Of a stretch of 64,000 nt of DNA, positions 9,676 to 18,022 are shown one piece after another. The translations under genes were made by a program, and so were the position numbers. Below the pieces are notes generated by a model that was not told the DNA's origin, did not search any database, and saw only the letters and a list, made by a program, of their open reading frames with translations. Source of the DNA: Chlamydiota bacterium (GTDB lineage: Bacteria > Chlamydiota > Chlamydiia > Chlamydiales > JABHNK01). The DNA is taken from NCBI GenBank assembly GCA_051744985.1, contig JBNJDP010000001.1:17883-81882 (forward strand), read 5' to 3'. Each line of letters starts with the position of its first letter. Positions within the stretch are counted from its first letter, which is position 1.

Positions 9676-10665
9676 TTATCCTCTTAATTGTTCATAGAGT
9701 TGTTTGACCTTTTGCCAAGCTTGATCGGCACGAGCTTGGCGTTGTGTTTTTTTATCGCCTGAGGCTGGTGGGTGATCGAAATCGATCTCTTCACCCAAAG
9801 CTATCCCTACGCCGGAATAGGAAAAATTACGCTTTTCACCAAGGGGGTTATGGATAGTATCAGGGGGGGGGAGGAAATCATAGGTAGCAAGAGCTAGGGG
9901 ATAGAAATGGGTAGAGGTTTGGGATTTTTGGGTTACCAGCCTCATCATCTCTAAACTATCAGGGTCAAAAGGGGGAACGTCTATCTGCCCGCTAGGTGAA
10001 GGGCGGTCTCTGCCACCACTAGGTGCAACGTAGATGAGCTTGCCGCCATCAGATAAAAGCTCCGTTAAAGTTTTAAGAGCTTTCTGGTTGTGTAGTAGCT
10101 TTTCTTGGCGCTTTTCAGGGGGCCTATCGATATGACGTTTGGAGTAGATGCAAAGCAGGTTACTCCCTTGACTTAGGGGAGCTGCTAAAGGGTCGGTAGT
10201 AACTCTGTCGCCGGCAATATAGATCATCTGATCTGCTAATTGCTGATAACGTTTTCCCCATAGAGCACTGATGGCTTGAGGTTCGGCTTCCGATTGATGG
10301 TTAGCGAGTAAAAAGACATTTTCACCTCTACCTAGCTGCTCTTCGACCTTTGTTAAGATGTCGGGGTTGATAAGCTGAGATTCCTTAGTATTAATAAGAG
10401 GGTTGATAAGGCGGTTACTAAAGGCGTGGTAGTTGAAAGGGGTAGTAACCATATTGTGGAAAGGTTTGAATCGGTAAGGTTCAATAATCTGAGATTTGAC
10501 GAGCTCCAAATAAGTTGTCAGGAGCTCGGCATAATCGTCGATATTTTCACCTTTTACAGCTATGATTTTTTCATAGCTGTCGAAAAAGCCTCCGATAACC
10601 TTAGCATAATGGGGGGGTATCTGATTAGTAGCTGCGTAGTGTGATAGCTTAGCTCTATAGTCCAT
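9676..10665 (-). CDS. Glycerol-3-phosphate acyltransferase, soluble plant-plastid (ATS1)-like type
   Basis: 329 aa. The acyltransferase block LLANHQSEAEPQ corresponds to NHQSEADP of plant plastid GPAT. Its position between the insulinase and RNase G matches the Chlamydia plsB locus (from memory). Confidence 0.8.
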   Translation of the reverse strand: MDYRAKLSHYAATNQIPPHYAKVIGGFFDSYEKIIAVKGENIDDYAELLTTYLELVKSQIIEPYRFKPFHNMVTTPFNYHAFSNRLINPLINTKESQLINPDILTKVEEQLGRGENVFLLANHQSEAEPQAISALWGKRYQQLADQMIYIAGDRVTTDPLAAPLSQGSNLLCIYSKRHIDRPPEKRQEKLLHNQKALKTLTELLSDGGKLIYVAPSGGRDRPSPSGQIDVPPFDPDSLEMMRLVTQKSQTSTHFYPLALATYDFLPPPDTIHNPLGEKRNFSYSGVGIALGEEIDFDHPPASGDKKTQRQARADQAWQKVKQLYEQLRG

Positions 10666-12197
10666 TATAGATCGATCTTTTTGTTAGTAATTGAAGAGTA
10701 TATAGCGAAGTCATTAAGATGAAAACAATCGTCAACTTCGTATTCTAGCTTAGCGTTAAGTTTCTCCATCATAGTAGAAAAGTGTCCTTTGTCATACTTT
10801 TCTAGGTACTTATGGACCTCGGGGTGAGTGACAAGTCGCAGGCCGAACTGGTGGTGGAGTTGGACGGCTTTTTTTAGAGCTCTTTCGATCTCTATCGATA
10901 GGCTTTCATGGCTTTTTATCAACCCGTTGCCGTTACAGTAAGGGCAGTTAGTGAAAAGTGTTTGCTGAAGAGATTCGCGATTACGTTGGCGGGTCATCTC
11001 CACCAAGCCGAAATCACTCATCTTGAGGATCGTGCACTTGGCAGAATCTTCCTTCATACAGTCTTTTAAGCGTTCCAAAACTCTACGGCGATTCTTGCGG
11101 GAGCGCATATCGATAAAGTCGCAGATTACTAATCCACCTATATTTCGCAAGCGCAGTTGGCGTGCAATTTCAGCGGCAGCTTCGAGGTTGATTTTCACTA
11201 AAACTTCTTCAACGTTATTGTCGCTACTGGAGCTGCGTCCTGAGTTGACATCGATAGTCCACATTGCTTCGGTACGTTCGAGAAAGAGGTATCCCCCACT
11301 GGACAGCCAGATCTTACGCTGTAAGGTGCGCTCGATTTCTCGCTCGACACTAAAGCGCTCGAACATAGGAGTTTTATCGCGGTAATATTCAACTCTTAAA
11401 GGGTGCTCGGAATATTTGGAAGCCAGCTGCTTACATACCTGGTAAGTAGTATAATCATCGACTAATAAACGTTCAACCTTGCGGTCGACGGCGGTAACAA
11501 CAGACTTTTTGATGAGGTCCGACTCCTCGTAAAGTAGGGAGGGCTCCGAGGAGGTTTTGAAGCGTTCTATGATGTTTTGCCAAATTTCTAGCAGCTCGCA
11601 AGCTTCGGCAATAAGTGTCTCCTGGCTAGCATACCTGCTGGCAGTTCGGCAGATGAGACCTATTTTCTGGGGCATCTCAAAAGCTCTGATCAGCTTTTTA
11701 AGGCGGTCTCTGGTGGGGCGGTCTTCGATCTTACGCGATACCCCTCGATGAGGGGTGTTGGGCAATAACACCAGATAGCGTCCCGCAATGGAGATATTGG
11801 AGGTCAAGCGGGCGCCTTTGCTGCCTATGGGCTCTTTAACAACTTGTACCAGAACATTCTGATCAGTTTTGAGAAGCTTTTCAATGTTGTCAGTTTCTTG
11901 GGGCGAAGAAGATTCTTGGATATCATAGTCCAAGTCAAAATCAATATCGAACATCTTTTCGAACTTTTTGGTATTTTCCAAAATATCAGAAATGTGGATG
12001 AAACCGTTGTCTCCTTCATTAATATCGATAAAAGCAGATTGAATATTATGTAAGATATTCATCACTCTGCCTTTGTAGATATTGCCAGTAAGCTGGCGAG
12101 ATTTGCGGCGCTCGATAATTAAATCGTTGAGAGTCCCGTTTTTGAGGTTAGCGTAGCGGCGCTCTTTGGATTCGATGTTTAGTAGTATTTCTTCCAT
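10665..12197 (-). CDS. rng: Ribonuclease G/E family endoribonuclease
   Basis: 510 aa. It has an N-terminal S1-like region (GNIYKGRVMNILHNIQSAFIDI) and a catalytic core (WTIDVNSG, GLVICDFIDM). Confidence 0.9.
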   Translation of the reverse strand: MEEILLNIESKERRYANLKNGTLNDLIIERRKSRQLTGNIYKGRVMNILHNIQSAFIDINEGDNGFIHISDILENTKKFEKMFDIDFDLDYDIQESSSPQETDNIEKLLKTDQNVLVQVVKEPIGSKGARLTSNISIAGRYLVLLPNTPHRGVSRKIEDRPTRDRLKKLIRAFEMPQKIGLICRTASRYASQETLIAEACELLEIWQNIIERFKTSSEPSLLYEESDLIKKSVVTAVDRKVERLLVDDYTTYQVCKQLASKYSEHPLRVEYYRDKTPMFERFSVEREIERTLQRKIWLSSGGYLFLERTEAMWTIDVNSGRSSSSDNNVEEVLVKINLEAAAEIARQLRLRNIGGLVICDFIDMRSRKNRRRVLERLKDCMKEDSAKCTILKMSDFGLVEMTRQRNRESLQQTLFTNCPYCNGNGLIKSHESLSIEIERALKKAVQLHHQFGLRLVTHPEVHKYLEKYDKGHFSTMMEKLNAKLEYEVDDCFHLNDFAIYSSITNKKIDL

Positions 12198-12471
12198 ATT
12201 TTTAGTAACTCTTTCAGGATAATTTTTTTAGCTTTTTCACGGCTTTTACACCTCCTGGAATTAGGATACCGTGAAGTATAAAATACTATACCAAGGCTAC
12301 GATCTTGACCAGCAAAAAATGGGCTTCAGCTATAGATGCTGGCATGAAGAGATGCAGCGCACTATATTCCGTGACCACTTGCGGTGGAGTACAATATAGT
12401 TTTAAATTTCACTAGTCATTAAACTGTCTTTGGTGTAAATTATTGTACGAATATTTTGAGATTATTAAAAT

Positions 12472-12924
12472 ATGGATGATACTTTTATAATATATGTTGA
12501 CCGCTTGAAAGGTGGTCAAGTTGAAAAGATTGCTGAAAAGTGCCCTCCGGCTTTTATCGATCTCCAAGATGATGAGCTGTTTTTCCCTGCAGATGTAGTG
12601 GTTAAAGGACAAGCTTATCTAGCCGAGCAGCAACTTGTGATCGACATTAAAGCTGCCACCACAGTAAGATTGCCTTGTAGAATGTGTAATGAGCCCGTAG
12701 AACTCGACTTGGAAGTGGGTGGTATTTATATCGTTCAAGATTTGGCTCATATTGGATCGGGCAAGTATGATTTCAGCCAGGATCTTCGCGAGGCGCTCCT
12801 TTTAGAGGTTCCCTCTTTTGTAGAGTGCCATGAGGGATTTTGTCCTAGGCGGCAAGAAAATGAAAAATATATCAGGACGGAGGAAGGCCAATCTTCCGAA
12901 TATCGTCCTTTTGCAGATTTGTAA
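12472..12924 (+). CDS. yceD: YceD (DUF177) family protein
   Basis: 150 aa. It has paired Cys motifs (LPCRMCNEP ... ECHEGFCPRRQ) and lies immediately upstream of rpmF, which is the conserved arrangement. Confidence 0.8.
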   Translation: MDDTFIIYVDRLKGGQVEKIAEKCPPAFIDLQDDELFFPADVVVKGQAYLAEQQLVIDIKAATTVRLPCRMCNEPVELDLEVGGIYIVQDLAHIGSGKYDFSQDLREALLLEVPSFVECHEGFCPRRQENEKYIRTEEGQSSEYRPFADL

Positions 12925-12943
12925 TAAATTAGGAGATACAATA

Positions 12944-13135
12944 ATGGCAGTACCACGTAACCGATTATCCCAGTCGCGCCGTGATAAGCGACGTTCTCAT
13001 CATGCTAAGAAGCCTATCAGTTTGCAAGAATGCCCCAACTGTGGTGAGCAAGGCTTGCCTCATCGGGTTTGCTCTTCTTGCGGCTTTTATAAAGGCCGAG
13101 AAGTTGTTAGCATGAACGAGGAAAGTGAGGAATAA
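12944..13135 (+). CDS. rpmF: 50S ribosomal protein L32
   Basis: The true start is the ATG at 12944, preceded by aggag at 12931-12935. Translation: MAVPRNRLSQSRRDKRRSHHAKKP...CPNCGEQGLPHRVCSSCGFYKGREV. The track ORF start at 12830 is an upstream extension. Confidence 0.97.
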   Translation: MAVPRNRLSQSRRDKRRSHHAKKPISLQECPNCGEQGLPHRVCSSCGFYKGREVVSMNEESEE

Positions 13136-13158
13136 CCCTGAGGCTGGGAATAGATCTT

Positions 13159-14121
13159 ATGGGGGGGGATAACTCCCCGGAAGAACTATTTAAAGGAGTT
13201 CTCCAGGTGCTCCCCTCCTTGGAGAGCTCCGATGTTTTTGTTGTTATAGGTATCCCTGAAGTTATCGATAAACTTCAAGCTACTTATCAGGGGAGCACGT
13301 CGATACCAAAATTCCCTCAGCTAGAATTCGCTAAAGCTTCAGAGGTCGTCACTATGGAAGATTCTCCTCTAAGGGCTGTTCTGCGCAAAGAACGATCTTC
13401 GATGCTTCAAGGTTTACGGCGTTTGTCACGAGAAGATTTCGATGGTTTTATTACCGTGGGTAATACAGGAGCTTTATTTGCGGGTTCGGCGATTTTTTTA
13501 CCTCGCTTTCCTAATATTAGCCGTCCTGCTCTTTTGGCTTTACTGCCTTCTCTCAAAGGTAAGGTTGCTGCTCTGGATATTGGTGCCAACCTAGTATGTA
13601 AGTCTAAGCATTTAATAAATTTCGCTCAGATGGGGATAGCTTTCCAGCAGTGTCGGGAAGGAATAGAGAGGCCTAGAGTAGGTTTATTGAATATTGGCTC
13701 CGAAGCTAAAAAAGGGCGGGAAGAGGTTCGCAAAACTTATGAAATGCTACAAGAAAATTGCTTCGGAGGCCACTTTGTAGGTAATGTTGAAGGGCGCGAT
13801 GTATTTAAAGGTGAAGTTGATGTTTTGGTCACCGATGGCTTTACTGGTAATGTCTTTTTGAAAACTACCGAAGGTGTTACCTCTTTTATGTTGGAGCTTT
13901 ACCGTCAGCATCTTCCCAAAAACTCTCAGCAGGAGCTCCTTAGTTCTATCGATTACTCTCATTATCCTGGGGCGATCATCTGTGGCGTGGAAGGTTTGGT
14001 TGTCAAATGCCATGGCAATTCTGATGCTAAAGCTTTTGCTAGTGGCATCAAAGGAGCTATTGATATGATTCGCAGCAAATTTATTCGCTCCATTTCCGAA
14101 AAGCTTGCCTTACAATATTAG
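13159..14121 (+). CDS. plsX: Phosphate acyltransferase PlsX
   Basis: 320 aa from the first ATG. It carries the MGGDNSPEE family motif. Conserved residues (RLGIDL) lie upstream of the ATG, so the real start may be a non-ATG codon near 13138-13144. Confidence 0.92.
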   Translation: MGGDNSPEELFKGVLQVLPSLESSDVFVVIGIPEVIDKLQATYQGSTSIPKFPQLEFAKASEVVTMEDSPLRAVLRKERSSMLQGLRRLSREDFDGFITVGNTGALFAGSAIFLPRFPNISRPALLALLPSLKGKVAALDIGANLVCKSKHLINFAQMGIAFQQCREGIERPRVGLLNIGSEAKKGREEVRKTYEMLQENCFGGHFVGNVEGRDVFKGEVDVLVTDGFTGNVFLKTTEGVTSFMLELYRQHLPKNSQQELLSSIDYSHYPGAIICGVEGLVVKCHGNSDAKAFASGIKGAIDMIRSKFIRSISEKLALQY

Positions 14122-14139
14122 TGGTATAATAGCTTCAGA

Positions 14140-14802
14140 TTATGCTTTTGACAGTTGATCAATATTGGGGATAGCCTGTGCTAAGCGCTGAGCTTTATCA
14201 TCTAAAGATTCGCTGGAATTCTCGAAAGTTAAAGGTTTTTCGATAGAGAAAGTTATCGTGCTAAAAGGCTTGGGGATAGCTAATCTATCCCAGGTGGGCA
14301 GACGCCAGCAGCGTGAAGCTTTCCAGTGAAAAGGTATTACGGGAGCCTTTGACTTCTGAGCAGCAAAGATGATGCCAGGCTTAACATCATAGGCCGGACC
14401 GCGAGGGCCGTCAGGGGTGATGATTACTGTTGCTTGCTGCTCTTCAATAGCTTTGATGATATGTTTTAAAGCGCGATGGCGTGCATTGTGAGGGACTTTG
14501 ATAACCTTGCCATGGGGAAATGTGGCTATTATATCGACAAGTAAGGCTCCATCGCGGCTGTTACTAACCACGGGGTGGTATGAAGCTTTAGGGGCTAGGT
14601 GGCCAAAAAAGTAAGGTCCTAAGGTTAGATTGTTATGCCATAGAGCTAGAATACATCCCTTGCTGGCATATTCCTCTAGGGTAGATAAACCCTTGATATT
14701 GATACGACAGGTTAGCATGATTAAGTTTATGAGGCTTTTGGCCAAAGGGGGAACCAAAAAAGCAGCTAGCTTCTGAGATAGCTTTTGAGAGCGCTTAGCC
14801 AT
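14140..14802 (-). CDS. Lysophospholipid acyltransferase family protein (DUF374)
   Basis: 220 aa. Blocks LALWHNN, SNSRDG, ITPDGPRGP and PVIPF match DUF374. It overlaps the 3' end of lpxB by 8 nt. Confidence 0.78.
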   Translation of the reverse strand: MAKRSQKLSQKLAAFLVPPLAKSLINLIMLTCRINIKGLSTLEEYASKGCILALWHNNLTLGPYFFGHLAPKASYHPVVSNSRDGALLVDIIATFPHGKVIKVPHNARHRALKHIIKAIEEQQATVIITPDGPRGPAYDVKPGIIFAAQKSKAPVIPFHWKASRCWRLPTWDRLAIPKPFSTITFSIEKPLTFENSSESLDDKAQRLAQAIPNIDQLSKA

Positions 14803-15907
14803 CGAGCAGCTCCTTGAGGATCTTTGTAGCTTCTTGGGAAGCTTCGGTGTTTCCTAGTTGTTTTTTCACTTCTTGGCGGGGATTAGGTTCTACATCGGCA
14901 AGCTTTGCGATGATCTGTGAGGCGTGAACCTGGCGATCGACAACTTCGGGGAAGATTTCTTTGCCACATATGATGTTGGGCTGGGAGTAGTAGGGTAGGT
15001 TGATTTTGAAGATATATTTTGCCAATAGATAGTTTAAAGTGCCGGCTTGATAGGTTACTACCGTCGGAGTGTTATGGAGGGCTAGCTCTAGGTTGACGGT
15101 TCCTGAGGTGGCGATAGCTAGATCGCAGGAATTCATAAAATCATAATAAGCATCGGAAGAAATTAGACGGTAAGAGGTTAGCGGTGATTGCTGTGCGATC
15201 TCGTCGATAATATTCCGGTACTTAGCATCTGCCACAGATATTCCGACCTCAAACTTGGGGTGTTTACCTCTGTATTCGGCAGCAGCAGCAAGCTGTTGGG
15301 GGAGGTTCGAGACGATTTCACTGCGACGGCTGCCAGGAAATATTCCCAATAAGTTGCTAGTGGCATCCATGCCGAGGGTGCCCTTCCATGAAGGGGTATA
15401 GTTTTTTTTGCTAATAGCGTTAGCGACAGGGTGGCCTATATATTTGGCGGAGAGAGAAGTGCCAGCATAATATGAAGGTTCAAAAGGGAAGATACATAGC
15501 ACCAAGTCGTAGTAGCGAGCCATAAAATCTACTCTTCCCTTACGCCACGCCCAGACGGTAGGAGAGACATACTGAACGATTTTACCCTGATAACCGTGTT
15601 TCCTCAAGGAACGGCTTAGGCGGAGGTTGAAGTCCTGGTAGTCGATGAGGACGACCATCGCAGGTGATGTCTCGAGGATAGCGTCACGCACTTTTTTAAA
15701 AACCTTTAGAATTTTCGGCAAGGCTTTAATGATCTCCCCGAAGCCCATAACCTGTAATTCTTCTAAATCTATCAGAGTGTCGAGGCCGGCATTTTGCATC
15801 CTGGGGCCTCCTACCCCATAAAAATGGGGGCCTTGCCAAGCTTTTATTAGCTCAGCGCCGAGGATATCGCCACTATGTTCTCCGGCAAGGATGAAAATAT
15901 CATTCAT
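14795..15907 (-). CDS. lpxB: Lipid-A-disaccharide synthase
   Basis: 370 aa. N-terminus IFILAGEHSGDILGAELI, then LIDYQDFNLRL and TSGTVNLELAL. Confidence 0.92.
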   Translation of the reverse strand: MNDIFILAGEHSGDILGAELIKAWQGPHFYGVGGPRMQNAGLDTLIDLEELQVMGFGEIIKALPKILKVFKKVRDAILETSPAMVVLIDYQDFNLRLSRSLRKHGYQGKIVQYVSPTVWAWRKGRVDFMARYYDLVLCIFPFEPSYYAGTSLSAKYIGHPVANAISKKNYTPSWKGTLGMDATSNLLGIFPGSRRSEIVSNLPQQLAAAAEYRGKHPKFEVGISVADAKYRNIIDEIAQQSPLTSYRLISSDAYYDFMNSCDLAIATSGTVNLELALHNTPTVVTYQAGTLNYLLAKYIFKINLPYYSQPNIICGKEIFPEVVDRQVHASQIIAKLADVEPNPRQEVKKQLGNTEASQEATKILKELLDG

Positions 15908-16580
15908 AAGCGGATCTTTTTTTTAAGAGCATCAAATTTCGTAGGTAGGGGATCATGCCCAAGCTATAGCCGATAATGTTGACATAGTCGCACAGATAAA
16001 CGAAGTATATCGTAGAAAAAAACGCTCCCAGCAAGCTGAGGTACCAGAAAGATTTTCCCAAGGTGCTGACTTTAGTTTTCTCAGCCTGCCACCATTGTAT
16101 CCAGAAGCGGCTAGCAAAAAGCATCATGCTGAGGGTTCCAAGAACATGCCATATTATAGCAACATCTTTAGGGCGATAATATTGGTAGGAGGTTTTAGGG
16201 ATGACAAACCAGCGTAGACCTTCATCGCTAAAGATTCCTTGGAGTACAAAGGCCGTGCCTACCATTACCAGTATGAGTACTAAGCTTATTAGTACTTTTG
16301 AAAATTTGGCAGGCTTTCCATGGGTCTTCATCAAATTAAGGTTGCGCCATGAGATTACAACATTGATAGCTTGGATAAAAGCTAGGTGAGCTTGGAGCTG
16401 AATAGTGCCTTGCAGCATCAGGAGAATGTTGCCTACTAAAGATATTTGCCAGAAAAGGGCCGTCACGTAGCTGCGACCCGCACGCTCACTAAGAATCCAT
16501 TGGATGAAAAAGCGGAGGGAAAAGAATAAGGATGCCAGATATCCTAAAGGATATAGTAGGTTTCGTAGTTCAGGGCTCAT
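15900..16580 (-). CDS. Lipid A biosynthesis N-terminal (LAB_N) domain membrane protein, two repeats
   Basis: 226 aa. Two copies of the LAB_N-type motif are present (RFFIQWILSERAGRS and RFWIQWWQAEKTKVS), each in a hydrophobic module. The gene lies directly upstream of lpxB with an 8-nt overlap. Confidence 0.72.
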   Translation of the reverse strand: MSPELRNLLYPLGYLASLFFSLRFFIQWILSERAGRSYVTALFWQISLVGNILLMLQGTIQLQAHLAFIQAINVVISWRNLNLMKTHGKPAKFSKVLISLVLILVMVGTAFVLQGIFSDEGLRWFVIPKTSYQYYRPKDVAIIWHVLGTLSMMLFASRFWIQWWQAEKTKVSTLGKSFWYLSLLGAFFSTIYFVYLCDYVNIIGYSLGMIPYLRNLMLLKKRSAYE

Positions 16581-17818
16581 TATGAAGGGCTTCTCCGTCG
16601 TCTTGAGTTTGTGGTAGGAGGGGTATGCCTAGTATTTTTCCAGTGATTTTTCCAAGTTGGATATTGTCGGCTAGCATCTTCTTCGACCAAAGCTCGAAGG
16701 CGGAGAAACTTCAATGCTGAGGGAAAGGACGCTGAGCGTATTATACGGCTAGGTTTGGAGTGTTTGCCGTTCAGGGGCGTTATTTTATATTGAGTTTGGA
16801 TGATATACGCTATAGAATGCACCATCCTACGAGGGAAATGAGGGAAAATCTCTTGGGTAAAGTTATGGGTGAGGTTATAAGAGGTTTCGATAATTTGGCC
16901 CATGTTAGGCTCTTCACCATGAGAGAGGAAGTTATTGTAGATAGCCTCTTCCATCAAAGGATAAAGCAGTGATGATGCTAAGACCTCTCTGCTGGGAGGG
17001 GGGGCAGTAGAATTTTTAATGATCTCATCCCCCGCTTGTAAGTATTTGAAAAGTTTATTGTCTTCATGGCGGGCAATGAATTTTTCTAGGGGAGGGAAGA
17101 GCTCTCCGAGCAAATTATTGTCATGTAGTAGCTTTATAAAAGGCGCAGAATGGCCTGACTCCAGCATCCGGAAAATTTCTTCCGCTAGCCTAGCAGAAGA
17201 GCTTTTGGTGATTTCCCCGCTGCAATTTTCTAGGGCTTGCTGAGTTTGAGATTCGATGTCGTAGTCAAAGCGAGCCTTGAATTTTAACAAGCGCATCATT
17301 CTGACGGGGTCCTGCTTGAAACGTTTGACAGGGTCGCCGATAGTTTTGAGGATACTTTTTTCGAGATCTTGATAGCCTCCAACATAATCGATGACGGTAT
17401 CTTCTATAGGATCATAAAAGAGACCGTTGATAGTAAAGTCGCGCCTCAAAGCATCTTCTTCGGGCGATCCCCATTCATTATCATGTGTTATTAGTTCTTC
17501 GGAATGGCGATTTTCTCCGGAGCGGAAAGTTGAAACTTCTAAAATGTGCCTTCCAAAGCGGACATGGGCGAGGCGGAAACGGCGTCCGATCAAAAAGCAA
17601 TTGCGCCTGAATAAGCGCTTAATGTCTTGAGGAGTAGCTGAAGTTGAGATGTCGAAGTCTTTAGGCGTTCGGTGTCTTAAAAGATCACGAACACCGCCTC
17701 CTACAAGGTAGGTAGTAAAGCCTTCATTGTGCAAGCTCTCGATAACGTGTAAAGCATCGGGGTTGAGGAGAGAGTGCTTAATATGATGCTCATTAGAATG
17801 ATATATTTGTGGTTTCAC
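16580..17818 (-). CDS. pcnB: Poly(A) polymerase / tRNA nucleotidyltransferase family protein
   Basis: 412 aa. Nucleotidyltransferase head motif LVGGGVRDLLRHRTPKDFDISTSATP, followed by RRDFTINGLFYD. Confidence 0.88.
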   Translation of the reverse strand: MKPQIYHSNEHHIKHSLLNPDALHVIESLHNEGFTTYLVGGGVRDLLRHRTPKDFDISTSATPQDIKRLFRRNCFLIGRRFRLAHVRFGRHILEVSTFRSGENRHSEELITHDNEWGSPEEDALRRDFTINGLFYDPIEDTVIDYVGGYQDLEKSILKTIGDPVKRFKQDPVRMMRLLKFKARFDYDIESQTQQALENCSGEITKSSSARLAEEIFRMLESGHSAPFIKLLHDNNLLGELFPPLEKFIARHEDNKLFKYLQAGDEIIKNSTAPPPSREVLASSLLYPLMEEAIYNNFLSHGEEPNMGQIIETSYNLTHNFTQEIFPHFPRRMVHSIAYIIQTQYKITPLNGKHSKPSRIIRSASFPSALKFLRLRALVEEDASRQYPTWKNHWKNTRHTPPTTNSRRRRSPS

Positions 17819-18022
17819 TATTTCAGTATTGATTCCTTAAATCGGTTAAAAGTTAAAAATTTGCCCACAGCGAAAAAATATAATAACTTAAGAATGTTTT
17901 ATGTACAAGTAATCATATTTTTGGCAGATTATAGCAATAATTGTAACTTATGTTGCCTGACAGTCTTTTCTTAGGGATGTGTTTAAATTTGCCGTATCAG
18001 CAGCGCTGAAAGAGAGGATGGG

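Noticed and set aside
9863-9871. G9/C9 homopolymer (and a G8 at 13161-13168) as phase-variation switches
   Set aside because: They lie inside essential lipid-synthesis genes: Pro-Pro-Pro in the GPAT and Gly-Gly at the plsX start. The frames are intact. The runs are more likely to be sequencing-error-prone sites than contingency loci.
11023-11385. 120-aa plus-strand ORF, and similar ORFs, inside the RNase G gene
   Set aside because: They are antisense to a well-supported CDS, are Ser/Arg/Leu-rich, and have no start context.
17922-17936. Sigma-54-like TGGCAG-N5-AGCA upstream of the LysM gene
   Set aside because: The GG-to-GC spacing is 11 nt instead of the 12 in the -24/-12 consensus. The -12 element also lacks the TTGC context.
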